A DNA stretch of 64,000 nt from NCBI GenBank assembly GCA_963662315.1, contig OY759353.1, positions 1,312,001 through 1,376,000 of the forward strand. The letters are read 5' to 3'. Source of the DNA: Geopsychrobacteraceae bacterium. Lineage in GTDB: Bacteria; Desulfobacterota; Desulfuromonadia; Desulfuromonadales; Geopsychrobacteraceae. This document shows positions 46,156-57,100 of this stretch, piece by piece. Numbering within the stretch: position 1 is the stretch's first letter; every line of letters starts with the position of its first letter. The translations under genes were made by a program, and so were the position numbers. The notes beneath the pieces are model-generated. The model saw nothing but the letters and a program-made list of their open reading frames with translations. It was not told the origin of the DNA and ran no database searches.

Positions 46156-47800
46156 CGACGCGTCCCTCCCCACAAAAACATAAAACGAATTGAGCCCCTC
46201 CTAAAGGACTCTGCTCCACCATCACCCTGCCGTCATGGATATCCATCACACTGTAAACAGAAGCCAATCCCAACCCGGTACCCGACTCCTTGGTAGAAAA
46301 GAAGGGTTCAAATATTTTTTCTTTGATCGTATCCGAGATACCCGGGCCTGAATCTTCAATAACTATACAGGAATCAGAGTTTTGTTTATTTCCGACACCA
46401 AAGCTGAGGGTTCCGTGACCATTCATAGCTTCCATAGCATTTACTGCAAGGTCCCACAAAATCTGAAACAACATATCTCTGTCGAGCAGAGCAACAACTT
46501 CATCGTGACCTTTGTTTACAGATATTTCGATATTTTTAAAACGTTTATCACTGAGCAGCATGTTCTGCAATTCAAGTATAACAGCAACGATGTTAACCGG
46601 CTTTTTTATAGGAACTTTCGGCCTGGCAAAGTCGAGAAAATCGGTTAATAGATGATTGAGTCGATCTGCCTCTTTAACAACAATTTTCATCAATCCAATA
46701 TCCTGATCAGGGATATTGGCGGATTCTGCCAACATTTGCACAGAGCCGCTTATTGATGTTAACGGATTACGAATTTCATGAGCCATTCCCGCCGCCAGTC
46801 TACCAACAGCAGCAAGGCGATCGGCTCTTTTAAGATCTTCCTCTATTCTTTTGAGCTGAGTAAGATCCTGAAATGTCACCAACGTACCAATAAACTCCCC
46901 TTGGTTCCCCCATGCCGGAGTCGTCGCATATCCTAAAATCAAGTTTTCACCCGAAGGCCGATTAAAAAAGCATTCAGAACGTCTAACCGGCTGAGCCCCC
47001 ACCATCAAAGAGTTTGAAAAACCAGGAAAAAGCCCTGCTGCCGATTGATTATAGACGGAAAGCAAGTCATAACCAGTGATTTCCTCAGCAGCACGGTTAA
47101 ATGAACGAACTAAACCCTTGGGACCGACCAGCATCAAGCCACTGCTGATATGAGCCAAGATTGTTCGGTTCATTTTTTCCAGGTCCGCGTAATCAACACT
47201 TTTTTTAAGTAACTGCGCTTCACTGCGCTGCCAACGCTCCGCAAGGGTACCACTTAATCCTGCGGTGAGAAAAAATGCAACAGAGTGAACAAAAATAACA
47301 GAAAGGTAGGTTCCGGCAGAAAAACTCTGTTCAAGATTTAAAACTTTCAAGTACCCGAAATACTGCAGATCAAGAATTCCACCAAACAGAATAACAGAAC
47401 AGGCCGCCGCAAGCAGAGTAAAACGCCTGTTTAATAAGAAGCTGGCTGAAACGATAATCAATAAGTAGGCAAATGAAAAAACACTTTCAATTCCCCGACT
47501 CATAAGAATGAGAACGCTCACAAAGAGCAAATCCCATGAGATCTGAACTTCAACAAAATATTTAAGAAGCGGAAAAAATTTTAAGACTAAGGCAGAAATG
47601 AGCGCTGAAAAATAAGCGACAGCTATTAATATAAACAGAGGAATGATAGTTTGCTGCTGAGTCGATCCTTTAACAAAAAAAAGAGCTGCCCCCCCTAGTA
47701 AAATAGTAATAACCGCAGTCCGGCAAGCTAAATACAGCGTCAGACTGCGGTTACCATAACCTTTTTGAGAATTATTTAAGCTAAAGACTACCCTACTCAT
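46136..47800 (-). CDS. pilS: Sensor histidine kinase PilS
   Basis: About 6 TM helices, PAS, AHEIRNPL, FEPFFSTK, GTGLGL; located between pilC and pilR. Confidence 0.92.
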   Translation of the reverse strand: MSRVVFSLNNSQKGYGNRSLTLYLACRTAVITILLGGAALFFVKGSTQQQTIIPLFILIAVAYFSALISALVLKFFPLLKYFVEVQISWDLLFVSVLILMSRGIESVFSFAYLLIIVSASFLLNRRFTLLAAACSVILFGGILDLQYFGYLKVLNLEQSFSAGTYLSVIFVHSVAFFLTAGLSGTLAERWQRSEAQLLKKSVDYADLEKMNRTILAHISSGLMLVGPKGLVRSFNRAAEEITGYDLLSVYNQSAAGLFPGFSNSLMVGAQPVRRSECFFNRPSGENLILGYATTPAWGNQGEFIGTLVTFQDLTQLKRIEEDLKRADRLAAVGRLAAGMAHEIRNPLTSISGSVQMLAESANIPDQDIGLMKIVVKEADRLNHLLTDFLDFARPKVPIKKPVNIVAVILELQNMLLSDKRFKNIEISVNKGHDEVVALLDRDMLFQILWDLAVNAMEAMNGHGTLSFGVGNKQNSDSCIVIEDSGPGISDTIKEKIFEPFFSTKESGTGLGLASVYSVMDIHDGRVMVEQSPLGGAQFVLCFCGEGRVGENKTA

Positions 47801-49017
47801 TAACCGCCGGCAGCCCCAGCAAGTTTAAAGATTGGCAGATACATCGCAATAACAAGACCACCAACTGTCGTCCCCAAAAATAACATAAGCAGTGGTTCCA
47901 TCATTGACGTCAAGCTCTTTACGGCTTCATCGACTTCATCATCATAAAAATCTGCGATTTTTGACAACATGGTATCCAAGGCACCTGATTGTTCTCCAAC
48001 CTCGATCATCTGACATACCATAGGCGGGAAAACACCCGAGGCCTTCAATGGCTCGGCGATGGTATTCCCCTCACTAATACTAGCCCTGACTTTGATGATA
48101 GCCTTTTCTATTGTGCGGTTTCCAGCTGTTTTTCGGACAATTTCCAAACCATCAAGAATCGGAACGCCACTCGATATCATCGTAGCCATGGTCCGTGAAA
48201 ATTTTGCAACAGCGACCTTTCGAATCAATAGGCCAAACACAGGTAGCTTAAGTGCCCAATTGTCAATAATATCGCGGCCCTTATTCGTCGCGTAGACCTT
48301 TTTAACGCCAACGATGCCTGCAACAAGAAAACCGATAATGACTAATATATAATTCTGGATAAAATTACTTAGATTAATAACTAATTGAGTTGGAGCCGGC
48401 AATGCCCCACCAAAATCAGAAAACATTTTTTCAAAAGCAGGGATAACAAAGATAAGAATGACCGCAATTACAACGATTGCAATGCCAACGATAGTAGCTG
48501 GATAGGTCATGGCACTTTTAACCTGCTTTCTAAGTTTCAAAGCTTTTTCAATATAGACAGCAAGACGATTTAGAATGGTATCCAGAATACCACCAACCTC
48601 ACCGGCAGCAACCAGGTTGACATAAAGTTCATTAAAAGCCTTCGGATGCTTTTTCAAAGCCTCGGCAAAGGTCGAGCCAGATTCGACATCTTCTTTAACT
48701 TTGATCAACACTTCTTTAAAGGTTTTATTATCCTGCTGGCTCGACAAAATATCCAAACACTGGACCAGGGGCAAACCAGCATCAATCATAGTGGCAAACT
48801 GACGGGTAAAAATAACAATATCTTTTGTTGTAATTTTTGGTTTGAGGAAACTGATGTTTATTTCTGCATTGAGTCCGGTCCCAGCCGTCTTGACCTTGTT
48901 GGCCTGAATTCCCTGCCGTCGCAAATTGGCGACAACAGCAGATTCACTGGCAGCTTCCATGGTGCCTTTAGTTGATTTACCATCTCGAGAACGCCCAGTC
49001 CATGCGAACGTTGGCAT
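47800..49017 (-). CDS. pilC: T4P inner-membrane platform protein PilC
   Basis: FTRQFATMIDAGLPL, AGEVGG.LD, AMTYP, FPPMV.QMI.VGEQSG, AMYLPIF. Confidence 0.97.
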   Translation of the reverse strand: MPTFAWTGRSRDGKSTKGTMEAASESAVVANLRRQGIQANKVKTAGTGLNAEINISFLKPKITTKDIVIFTRQFATMIDAGLPLVQCLDILSSQQDNKTFKEVLIKVKEDVESGSTFAEALKKHPKAFNELYVNLVAAGEVGGILDTILNRLAVYIEKALKLRKQVKSAMTYPATIVGIAIVVIAVILIFVIPAFEKMFSDFGGALPAPTQLVINLSNFIQNYILVIIGFLVAGIVGVKKVYATNKGRDIIDNWALKLPVFGLLIRKVAVAKFSRTMATMISSGVPILDGLEIVRKTAGNRTIEKAIIKVRASISEGNTIAEPLKASGVFPPMVCQMIEVGEQSGALDTMLSKIADFYDDEVDEAVKSLTSMMEPLLMLFLGTTVGGLVIAMYLPIFKLAGAAGG

Positions 49018-49111
49018 GAGATACCCCTTTCCCTACTTCTCAATTATTCGTTTCAAAGTTAGAAACGCACATTATTGTTAAGCCATCAATAAGATCAGAC
49101 AATAAAAAACT

Positions 49112-50224
49112 TCACATCCCCCGCCCTGGACTAATTACTTTTTTACGACTCAATACCGCCTGAGGGTTAGCAAACATCTGCTTCAACTCTTCAATGTCAT
49201 GCGACCTGCTCATAGCATCTTCCTGCGTAATCTGACGTGCGTGAGCCAAAAGAAAAAGAGACTGATTAAAGGTCTGCATAGCGAATTTATCCTGCCCTAT
49301 CTGCATTTGGGAATAAATCTGATGAATCTTATCCTCGCGGATCAGGTTGCGAATTGCCGGATTGGGTACCATGACTTCGAGGGCCATACAGCGGCCCTTG
49401 CCACTGGCATTGGGAATCAAGGCCTGGGACAATACTCCTTCCAGAACGAATGACAGCTGCGTACGCACCTGCGACTGCTGAGTGGTCGGGAAAACATCTA
49501 TAATCCGGTTCATGGTCTGCACGCAGGAATTAGTATGCAGGGTAGCAAAACATAAGTGACCCGTTTCAGCAATGGTCAATGCCGCTTCAATAGTCTCGAT
49601 ATCACGCAACTCACCAAGCAGAACAACATCTGGATCCTGGCGCAAAATATATTTGAGTGCTTTTTTAAAGGATTGGGTGTCCGCTCCCACTTCGCGCTGA
49701 TTCACCAGACATCTTTTATGTGGATGCAGATATTCGATTGGGTCTTCGATGGTAATAATGTGCTCGGCACGCTCACGATTAATTGAGTCGATAATCGCAG
49801 CAAGTGTGGTCGACTTGCCACTGCCTGTTGGGCCTGTTACCAACACCAGACCGCGAGGTTTCTTGGCCAAGGAGCGCACAACCGGTGGTAATCCCAGTTC
49901 TTCAAAACCACGGATTTCAAAAGGAATGGTCCGAAAAGCGCCAGCAACCGCTCCCCGCTGCACAAAGAGATTTCCCCGGAAACGAGACAGCCCCTTAACG
50001 CCAAAGGACAAGTCCAGCTCACTCTCTTCCTCGAAGCGGCGTTTCTGAGCATCGGTCAAAACGCTGTAACAGAGCTGTTTCGTCTCAGCTGGGGACATAT
50101 TGGGTAAGGGCAACGGAGACATGCGACCATCGATACGAATCTGGGGTGGCGAACCGGTCGATATGTGAAGGTCAGATGCTCCCTGCTCAATCATCGATTT
50201 AAGAAGTTGATGCATGTTTGCCAT
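49112..50224 (-). CDS. pilT: T4P retraction ATPase PilT
   Basis: ASDLH, GPTGSGKSTT, TIEDPIE, LRQDPD, AETGH, AIRNLIRE. Confidence 0.97.
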   Translation of the reverse strand: MANMHQLLKSMIEQGASDLHISTGSPPQIRIDGRMSPLPLPNMSPAETKQLCYSVLTDAQKRRFEEESELDLSFGVKGLSRFRGNLFVQRGAVAGAFRTIPFEIRGFEELGLPPVVRSLAKKPRGLVLVTGPTGSGKSTTLAAIIDSINRERAEHIITIEDPIEYLHPHKRCLVNQREVGADTQSFKKALKYILRQDPDVVLLGELRDIETIEAALTIAETGHLCFATLHTNSCVQTMNRIIDVFPTTQQSQVRTQLSFVLEGVLSQALIPNASGKGRCMALEVMVPNPAIRNLIREDKIHQIYSQMQIGQDKFAMQTFNQSLFLLAHARQITQEDAMSRSHDIEELKQMFANPQAVLSRKKVISPGRGM

Positions 50225-50259
50225 AAAAAGTATCCTTTACCGACTGCAGCAATAACCCA

Positions 50260-51963
50260 TCAGTCGTCAGAGATCGTCGTTCTTAAAACTTCCTCAAGAG
50301 TAGTAACACCCTCTATCATTTTTGTCAGCGCGGCCTGGCGCATGGTTTTAACCCCGAGACGCATCGATTCCTGCTTGATTTCTGCAGTGTTAGCCCCAGA
50401 CAACACCATTTCACGAATCCCTTCAAACATAGGCATGACCTGGTAAAAACCAACCCGCCCCTTATAACCGGTATCGTTGCAAACCTGGCAACCTTTCCCT
50501 TTATATATCGTGATTCTTTTTGCCTGATCTTCAGGCACACCCGCAGTGATCAAAGCTTCTAGCGGCTGGTGCTCCGGCTGTTTGCATTCAGAACAGACAC
50601 GCCGGCCAAGGCGCTGCGCCGAAATAAGATTAACGGCTGAAGCAACCAAGAAAGGCTCAATCCCCATATTCAACAATCGGTTAATAGTACTGGGGGCATC
50701 GTTGGTATGCAGCGTCGAGAGAACAAGGTGACCGGTCAATGCGGCTTTAACCCCAATTTCCGCCGTCTCAAAATCCCGAATCTCACCAATCATGATAATA
50801 TCTGGATCCTGGCGCAGGAAAGCCCGTAACGCAGCGGCAAAGTTAAGGCCAATTTCTTCGTGCATCTGAACCTGGTTAATTCCGGCAAAGTTAAATTCGA
50901 CAGGATCTTCCGCCGTAGAAATATTTTCCGTTGTTTTATTGAGTTCAGAGAGAGCGGAATATAATGAAACCGTTTTACCACTACCAGTCGGCCCGGTAAC
51001 CAGAACCATGCCGAAGGGTTTATGTATTTCCTGTTTAAACCATTTAAGGGCCTGTTCCTCATATCCCAGCTTGGTCATATCAAGCTGCAGGTTGCCTTTA
51101 TCCAGCAGACGCAGAACAACCTTTTCACCAAACAGGGTCGGAAGGCAATTAACCCGGTAATCCATTTCCTGCCCACGTCCCAACTTGATCTTAATCCGTC
51201 CATCCTGCGGCAAACGTCGCTCAGCGATATCAAGAGAGGCCATAATTTTCAAACGCGAGGTGATGGCATTTTTCAATTTGCGAGGCGGCTTCATGACCTC
51301 GTACAAGACACCATCAATCCGGTAACGAACCCGAAAGGACGTTTCATACGGCTCGATATGAATATCAGAGGCTTTTTTCTTAATGGCATCGGTAAGAATC
51401 AGGTTAACCAGTTTAACAACCGGCGCGTCTTCACTGGCCCGCTCAAGTTCATTAACATCATCAAAACCGCGTTCATCAACCAATTCAAGATCATCAAAAT
51501 CTTCAAGTCCTTCCAGAGCATCGGCCATGCTGGATGATTGGTCATAATATTTATCGATAGCGTCTTTAATAGCCGCTTCGGCGGCAACAACAACCTCGAC
51601 ATTAAAGCCGGTCATGAATTTGATGTCGTCGATGGCAAAAATATTGGAAGGATCGGCCATGGCAACAATCAGGGTAGCGCCGGCACGATTAATAGGAACC
51701 AGTTGATATTTTTGAGCGACTTCGGAGGGGATCAGACTGACAACGGCAGGGTCTACATCAAATTCGGCAAGGTTGATGGAAGGTACACCGTAGTGTTTGG
51801 AAAGAAACGAAGCAAGGTCATGCTCCTGAACGTAGCCAAGCTTAACCAGGGCTGCACCAAGGCGGATACCCTCTTTTTTCTGTTCCGCGATCGCCTTAGC
51901 CAACTGATCATCAGAAATGAGTTGGTTGCGAACCAGCAATTCACCAAGGCGACTGACACTCAT
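50260..51963 (-). CDS. pilB: T4P extension ATPase PilB with N-terminal MshEN motif
   Basis: RLGELL...RLGAAL, ASDIHIEP, RLPQDGR, GPTGSGKT, CSEC/CQVC Zn site, GYKGR. Confidence 0.97.
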   Translation of the reverse strand: MSVSRLGELLVRNQLISDDQLAKAIAEQKKEGIRLGAALVKLGYVQEHDLASFLSKHYGVPSINLAEFDVDPAVVSLIPSEVAQKYQLVPINRAGATLIVAMADPSNIFAIDDIKFMTGFNVEVVVAAEAAIKDAIDKYYDQSSSMADALEGLEDFDDLELVDERGFDDVNELERASEDAPVVKLVNLILTDAIKKKASDIHIEPYETSFRVRYRIDGVLYEVMKPPRKLKNAITSRLKIMASLDIAERRLPQDGRIKIKLGRGQEMDYRVNCLPTLFGEKVVLRLLDKGNLQLDMTKLGYEEQALKWFKQEIHKPFGMVLVTGPTGSGKTVSLYSALSELNKTTENISTAEDPVEFNFAGINQVQMHEEIGLNFAAALRAFLRQDPDIIMIGEIRDFETAEIGVKAALTGHLVLSTLHTNDAPSTINRLLNMGIEPFLVASAVNLISAQRLGRRVCSECKQPEHQPLEALITAGVPEDQAKRITIYKGKGCQVCNDTGYKGRVGFYQVMPMFEGIREMVLSGANTAEIKQESMRLGVKTMRQAALTKMIEGVTTLEEVLRTTISDD

Positions 51964-52178
51964 TACGCTTAAACCCCTTCCTTGCCTTTATCATTTAATG
52001 GTTAAATTTTGCCTGGAAACGATTTTGCCACAAGAGACTGCAGAAATGTGGACTTTTATCGATGCATGGGACTACTTAAGCATCAACAAAAGGCTTGAAT
52101 TTCTTGAACTTGCAAAGATTTTCTCGTTTCCAATTCACAAAGCTACATTATTCAATCGCAAGAATTCCCGGATGCGGA

Positions 52179-53039
52179 CTATTCGGTTCTACGCCGGATC
52201 AGAAAATCCCGCATGAACCCCTGGGCGGGTTGGAGGCCAGTCCACAAAGCAAAGGCGTCTTCCCCCTGGGCAGCCAGCATGCTCAAACCGTCATCGGAGC
52301 GTAAATTTAATTCATGCGCACTCTTAATAAGAGTAGTCTTAGAAAGCGAATATATCATATCAAATATGAAGGCGCTACCCTTAATACACTCCAATGGTAA
52401 AAAAGCTAAACGTTCACCATGCAGGCCAACTGACGTCGCATTAACCACTAAATCAGCCTCCGCCAGAGCCGTCAGATATGCGTCATCTGAATATCCTGAG
52501 GACGCCAGCCGAACATCATGAAAGTGCGGTTTTAGTCCACTAATCAGGTTATCTGCCCTCTCAGGATGGCGGTTTACAACCATTATAGAATTGACTCCGG
52601 CAAATGCCAGGGCAACAGAGACGGCCCGACAAGCCCCGCCAGCACCAAGAATAACAACATTTTTCCCAAGCGGTTCAAATTCCATACTCCCCCTCAGGGA
52701 GCGCATAAAACCACTGGCATCAGTATTGTACCCAGTCAGAACACCATCATTATTCACGACAGTATTAACGGCACCAATCAGTTGCGTCGCCGGGTCGATT
52801 GCATCCAGAAAGGGAATGATTTTCTCTTTATGAGGAACCGTCACATTAACTCCGGCAATGTTCAATACGCGCAAAGACGATACGGCACTCTCCAGATTTT
52901 CGGGTAACACATGAAATGGCACATATGCAGCATCTATTTCGTAATGCCTAAAAGCATGATTCTGCATGGCAGGAGATAACGAATGAGCGATAGGATCGCC
53001 AAAAATACCGTAAACCTTTGTTTTCCCGGAAAGAATCAT
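52179..53039 (-). CDS. aroE: Shikimate dehydrogenase
   Basis: GDPIAHSLSP, NVTVPHK, GAVNT, NTD, GAGGA, NATSVG. Confidence 0.96.
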   Translation of the reverse strand: MILSGKTKVYGIFGDPIAHSLSPAMQNHAFRHYEIDAAYVPFHVLPENLESAVSSLRVLNIAGVNVTVPHKEKIIPFLDAIDPATQLIGAVNTVVNNDGVLTGYNTDASGFMRSLRGSMEFEPLGKNVVILGAGGACRAVSVALAFAGVNSIMVVNRHPERADNLISGLKPHFHDVRLASSGYSDDAYLTALAEADLVVNATSVGLHGERLAFLPLECIKGSAFIFDMIYSLSKTTLIKSAHELNLRSDDGLSMLAAQGEDAFALWTGLQPAQGFMRDFLIRRRTE

Positions 53040-53048
53040 ACCAGCCTC

Positions 53049-54011
53049 CTAGCGCAATGACAGATATTCCTGATACTGAACAATCTGGGTTGCCTGCAAA
53101 ATCTGTCGTGCCCGCAAAACATCATCAGCGATCGCGTCAGCCAGATCTTTGATGTTGTCGTATTTTTTTTCTTCGCGTAAACGTTCGACAAAATAGACCC
53201 GCAGGCGTTCACCATACAAGTCTCCAGAAAAATCAAGCAGATGAACTTCAATTGTAACATTACCATCGGTAAATGTCGGTCGATTGCCTAAGTTGATGAC
53301 ACCATCAAATTCCTGAAGATTATGGCGCACCTTTACTGCGTAAACTCCAGAAGCAGGAATCAATTCTTTATCCGTAATCAGGTTTGCGGTCGGAAACCCC
53401 ATTTTCCGGCCACGCTTAAAGCCAGGGACCACCTCGCCTTCAAAATTGTAATGACGACCCAGCAAACCTTTTGCCTCAGCGACATCACCAGCCATAATCA
53501 GATTTCTAATGCGGGTTGAACTGTAAGGTTCTCCGGCGACACTGACAGGCTGCAGCACATTGACATGAAAACCCGCTTTAGCTCCATAGGCAGCCAGGAA
53601 CTCAGCATTTCCCTTGCGCCCTTTACCGAACGCATAATCGTAACCAACCACCAATTCGCTCACCTGCAACTTACCGATCAGAATTTCCTCAATAAACTGT
53701 TCAGGTGACATCACAGCCAAATCACGGGTAAAGGGAATTTCAACCAAATAGTCAACATGCGAAGCAGCAATCAGCCGCCTTTTTTCAGCCAAGGTATTGA
53801 GCAGCGGTGGCGCCTTGTCCGGAGCCAAAAACTTTAACGGATGCGGATTGAATGTACAGACAACAGCAGGGCAACTTAGTTTATGGGAACTTTGCCAGAC
53901 GGCCCTAAAAAGCTCCCTGTGCCCTAAATGCACTCCATCAAAGTTACCAAGAGTTACAACGCTGGGACCAAAAGGAGACGGTAATTCTTTGATGCTAGTG
54001 ATTATCTTCAT
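53049..54011 (-). CDS. ribF: Bifunctional riboflavin kinase/FAD synthetase
   Basis: GNFDGVHLGH, SSTRIR, GFPTAN, GVY, GNRPTF, EVHLLDF. Confidence 0.97.
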   Translation of the reverse strand: MKIITSIKELPSPFGPSVVTLGNFDGVHLGHRELFRAVWQSSHKLSCPAVVCTFNPHPLKFLAPDKAPPLLNTLAEKRRLIAASHVDYLVEIPFTRDLAVMSPEQFIEEILIGKLQVSELVVGYDYAFGKGRKGNAEFLAAYGAKAGFHVNVLQPVSVAGEPYSSTRIRNLIMAGDVAEAKGLLGRHYNFEGEVVPGFKRGRKMGFPTANLITDKELIPASGVYAVKVRHNLQEFDGVINLGNRPTFTDGNVTIEVHLLDFSGDLYGERLRVYFVERLREEKKYDNIKDLADAIADDVLRARQILQATQIVQYQEYLSLR

Positions 54012-54098
54012 GATAACAATTTTCCAAATACTTCGGATTAAACAACATTTTCACAAATATAGCGGGTTCATATCATCATAGACAAGCGTAATTCAAAT

Positions 54099-54126
54099 AA
54101 AAAAGGCGGGATCCGCAGATCCCGCC
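54099..54126 (-). terminator. Intrinsic terminator after pilY1
   Basis: GGCGGGATC-cgca-GATCCCGCC hairpin preceded by an A-run on the plus strand. Confidence 0.85.
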
Positions 54127-54157
54127 CGACTTTGACAATCAAACAAACTTAAAATTC

Positions 54158-57100
54158 TCAATCAACCAGTCGCCAGGAACGTAACCCTGACTTGGTTGCC
54201 AAGGGGTTCTTCTGATTAATCTTGGTAATTTTACCGGTGCTGGATTGGATCAAGACATTTGAGCCCTGTGACCGTCCGGTCTGGATACTTGGGGTAGTCG
54301 TCATCCCCTCCCCCAGGCTGATCTGGCTTATTGCCAAGTCACCTGAAGCATCTGCCTGGGTACCCAGAATTCCTGAATAATAAGCGGTTCCACTCTGGTA
54401 ATAAAGAGCCCACAACTTGCTTTCCCCGCCTGACTGACAAGGATCATCATCAGGCACATAGGACGTAAATGTTAACAAACCACCATAAAGGGTTGCCTGC
54501 CCCAAAGTACGTTCACCACTTAACGGATACTCCAGGTGCCATCCTCCTGCACTCGACTGAGCGATAAGAAGATCATCCCAGTTGTTAGCACCGGTTGCGG
54601 AAGATTGAACAAGGCCTGATGTATATACTTTTGCATCAGTCATATTCAGCAAATCAGAATAAGACACAGTATTCCAATTTTTATCACCAGAGCTACTGTC
54701 GATTGGTTCTTTCACACCCCAAAATGACATGCGTGCGAGATCGGCTTTGTCCGTAACCGTGTAAAAGCGCCCGGAACCGACAAAAACCCAATGTCTGTTT
54801 TCATCATCAAGCCCAACCGCTGGTCCAGCGATGACAGGCTGTCCAACATTCATAAGCAGGGTTTTATCCTTCAAAAGAGTCGGTTTCCATAACCAGTTCT
54901 GAGGATCGTTATCATTATCTGAATCGTTTAAATCATCGATAATAATTCGCCGCAACGTCCCCGACCAGTTTCCGGGAGTGCCACTAACAGTACCAAAATA
55001 AAGATTATCTGCATTGTAATCCAACTGGAAATCAACCGCTACGGGGTCCCCAAGGAAGGCACTTGCATCAAATTCAGAATAGACATGCAAACCGGCCGTA
55101 AGGGCCCCACTGCTGTTAAGGCTGTAGAGAGAACCGCTTTGCCCAAGTTTGACGAGATCGAGCATATACATTTTTGCGGACTGCATACTTTTAGCGGTAC
55201 TAAGAATAGTATTATCATAGCTGCCGGTTATAGTACTGACGGTTCCCGGATCTCCATTAACATCCGCCGGCCCAGACCCCAGCACCAGGAACCACCGATT
55301 TTCTCCAGCTGTCGGGTTGGCATTATTATAAGAATCGAACGTACCGTTATGGTCACCGTCATTAACAGCAAAAGCCGTTGGGTAAACCGTTGAAAAGCCC
55401 ATGTCAGGCATGGCAATTTCAGCAAGCAGCTTAGGTGGTTCTTCCGGATTGGTAATATCAAAAATCATGTAGGCCGATTTCATTGTTCGATCAACATTCG
55501 GGTTGGGAACAATACCATCAGTCTTATCCATATCCGCAATAATGCTACCCCCGCCAAAACGCATTCCGACAACCATAACAGTTCCCCAACCATTAGGGTG
55601 GTGACATAGAGCATAGGAAGGGTCTGTAACCTTTGCTGAACACTCGACTTCAGGATTAAAAATTTTCGCATCAAAGACACGGGGTTTCTGATCGACATAA
55701 TAAACATGCTTGTGCTCAGTATAGGTAGTCTGCGTCAACCAATACAAATGCGGAAGCAGGTTGTAAGGAACATATGCCCACATTTCGGCCCCAAGGGGAG
55801 GATCGCCGGATGTATCGGCAAAAGGATAGGCCGTCCAGAACTTTACATTGTCAGCATCGTAAAAACCGCCGTTAAACGCATGCAACATGCCGTCATTCGC
55901 CCCGGCATAGACCATCTGGCGCCGATGTTTATATTTGGCAACAAAAGGAGCATAGCTTTGGTCTTTGTAGAGCAAATGAAAATTTTCAGCAGGTTGGCCA
56001 ACAACCGTCGGAGTGGAATAAGTAATGTCACCTAAACGCCAGGTTCCGGTACCAAAATAACGTGGTCGCATTTCGGTTCCACTGACATCACTTCCGGAAA
56101 TACTCAAAGGCTCAGGGTTACCGGTGCTATCAATATAGTCTTTCCCTCGGATATAATTAATCTGCCTCTGGCTCTGAGCCTTTAAGAAAGATTTAAAATC
56201 TGCAGAGGGCAACGCTGAAATAGCCGCAGGCTTATCCCCGAAGGTCGGATACAAAGTCAGATAGGGATAAATATCAGAAGAACTGACCAGTTCAGCATCG
56301 GTAGGCAGGGACGGTGCCACGAAGTCCTTCACTTCGTTCGTCGCGTCAACAACGCCATCATTATTTGCATCTACCCAGGTAAATATATACCGCCTATTAT
56401 TTAAATTAAGGTAGTTAGTCCGTTGTAGGGTAATATCTCCATCCAAAGCGGTGCTGTTTAACCAGGTTGAAGAAGTCCATAAATATTTGAGGTTGTCGGG
56501 TGAAACCTGATCAACCACAGTTTCGGCGGCATCAATCTCACCATTACCGTTACTGTCGGCATAGCGGTTAACTTTAATTCCATCTAAGGCTGTTTCAACA
56601 TATTCGAGGATATAATCGTTCCACATATCCAAAGTGTTATCTTTAACAGAATCCTCGCGCAGATTTCCGTAACTGTCAATCAACAGTGCATTCAGTTCAC
56701 CACTCCAGGTCAAACTATAGGTTCCGATATTTTTGGTGGGATGAAAGGTGGATAAGTATACGGCACCTTCCCCAGTACGACTGTTAGAGATTACCGAAGG
56801 CGCAGTACCAGAAGCGGCCTGCTCAAGAATTTTGCCAAATGAAGCATTGAGTTGCTGTTCAAGGCGCAGAGGATTGGTGACGTAAAAATAGGTATCCGGA
56901 ATATTGTCGCCATCTTCATCCCACTCGGATTGTTTATCTGGCAACCCGTACCCAGGATCACTCGTGTTCTTATCACTATCGGTAAAGCCTCCCCATTTGG
57001 CAGCGTACCAAAGAGGATTTTTTAACAGTTCTGCGGTGTTTGCTGCTCCTGCACTATTCGGCCAGAAGGTGCGGGTCGTTTTTGTCGGCAAAACTCCGAT

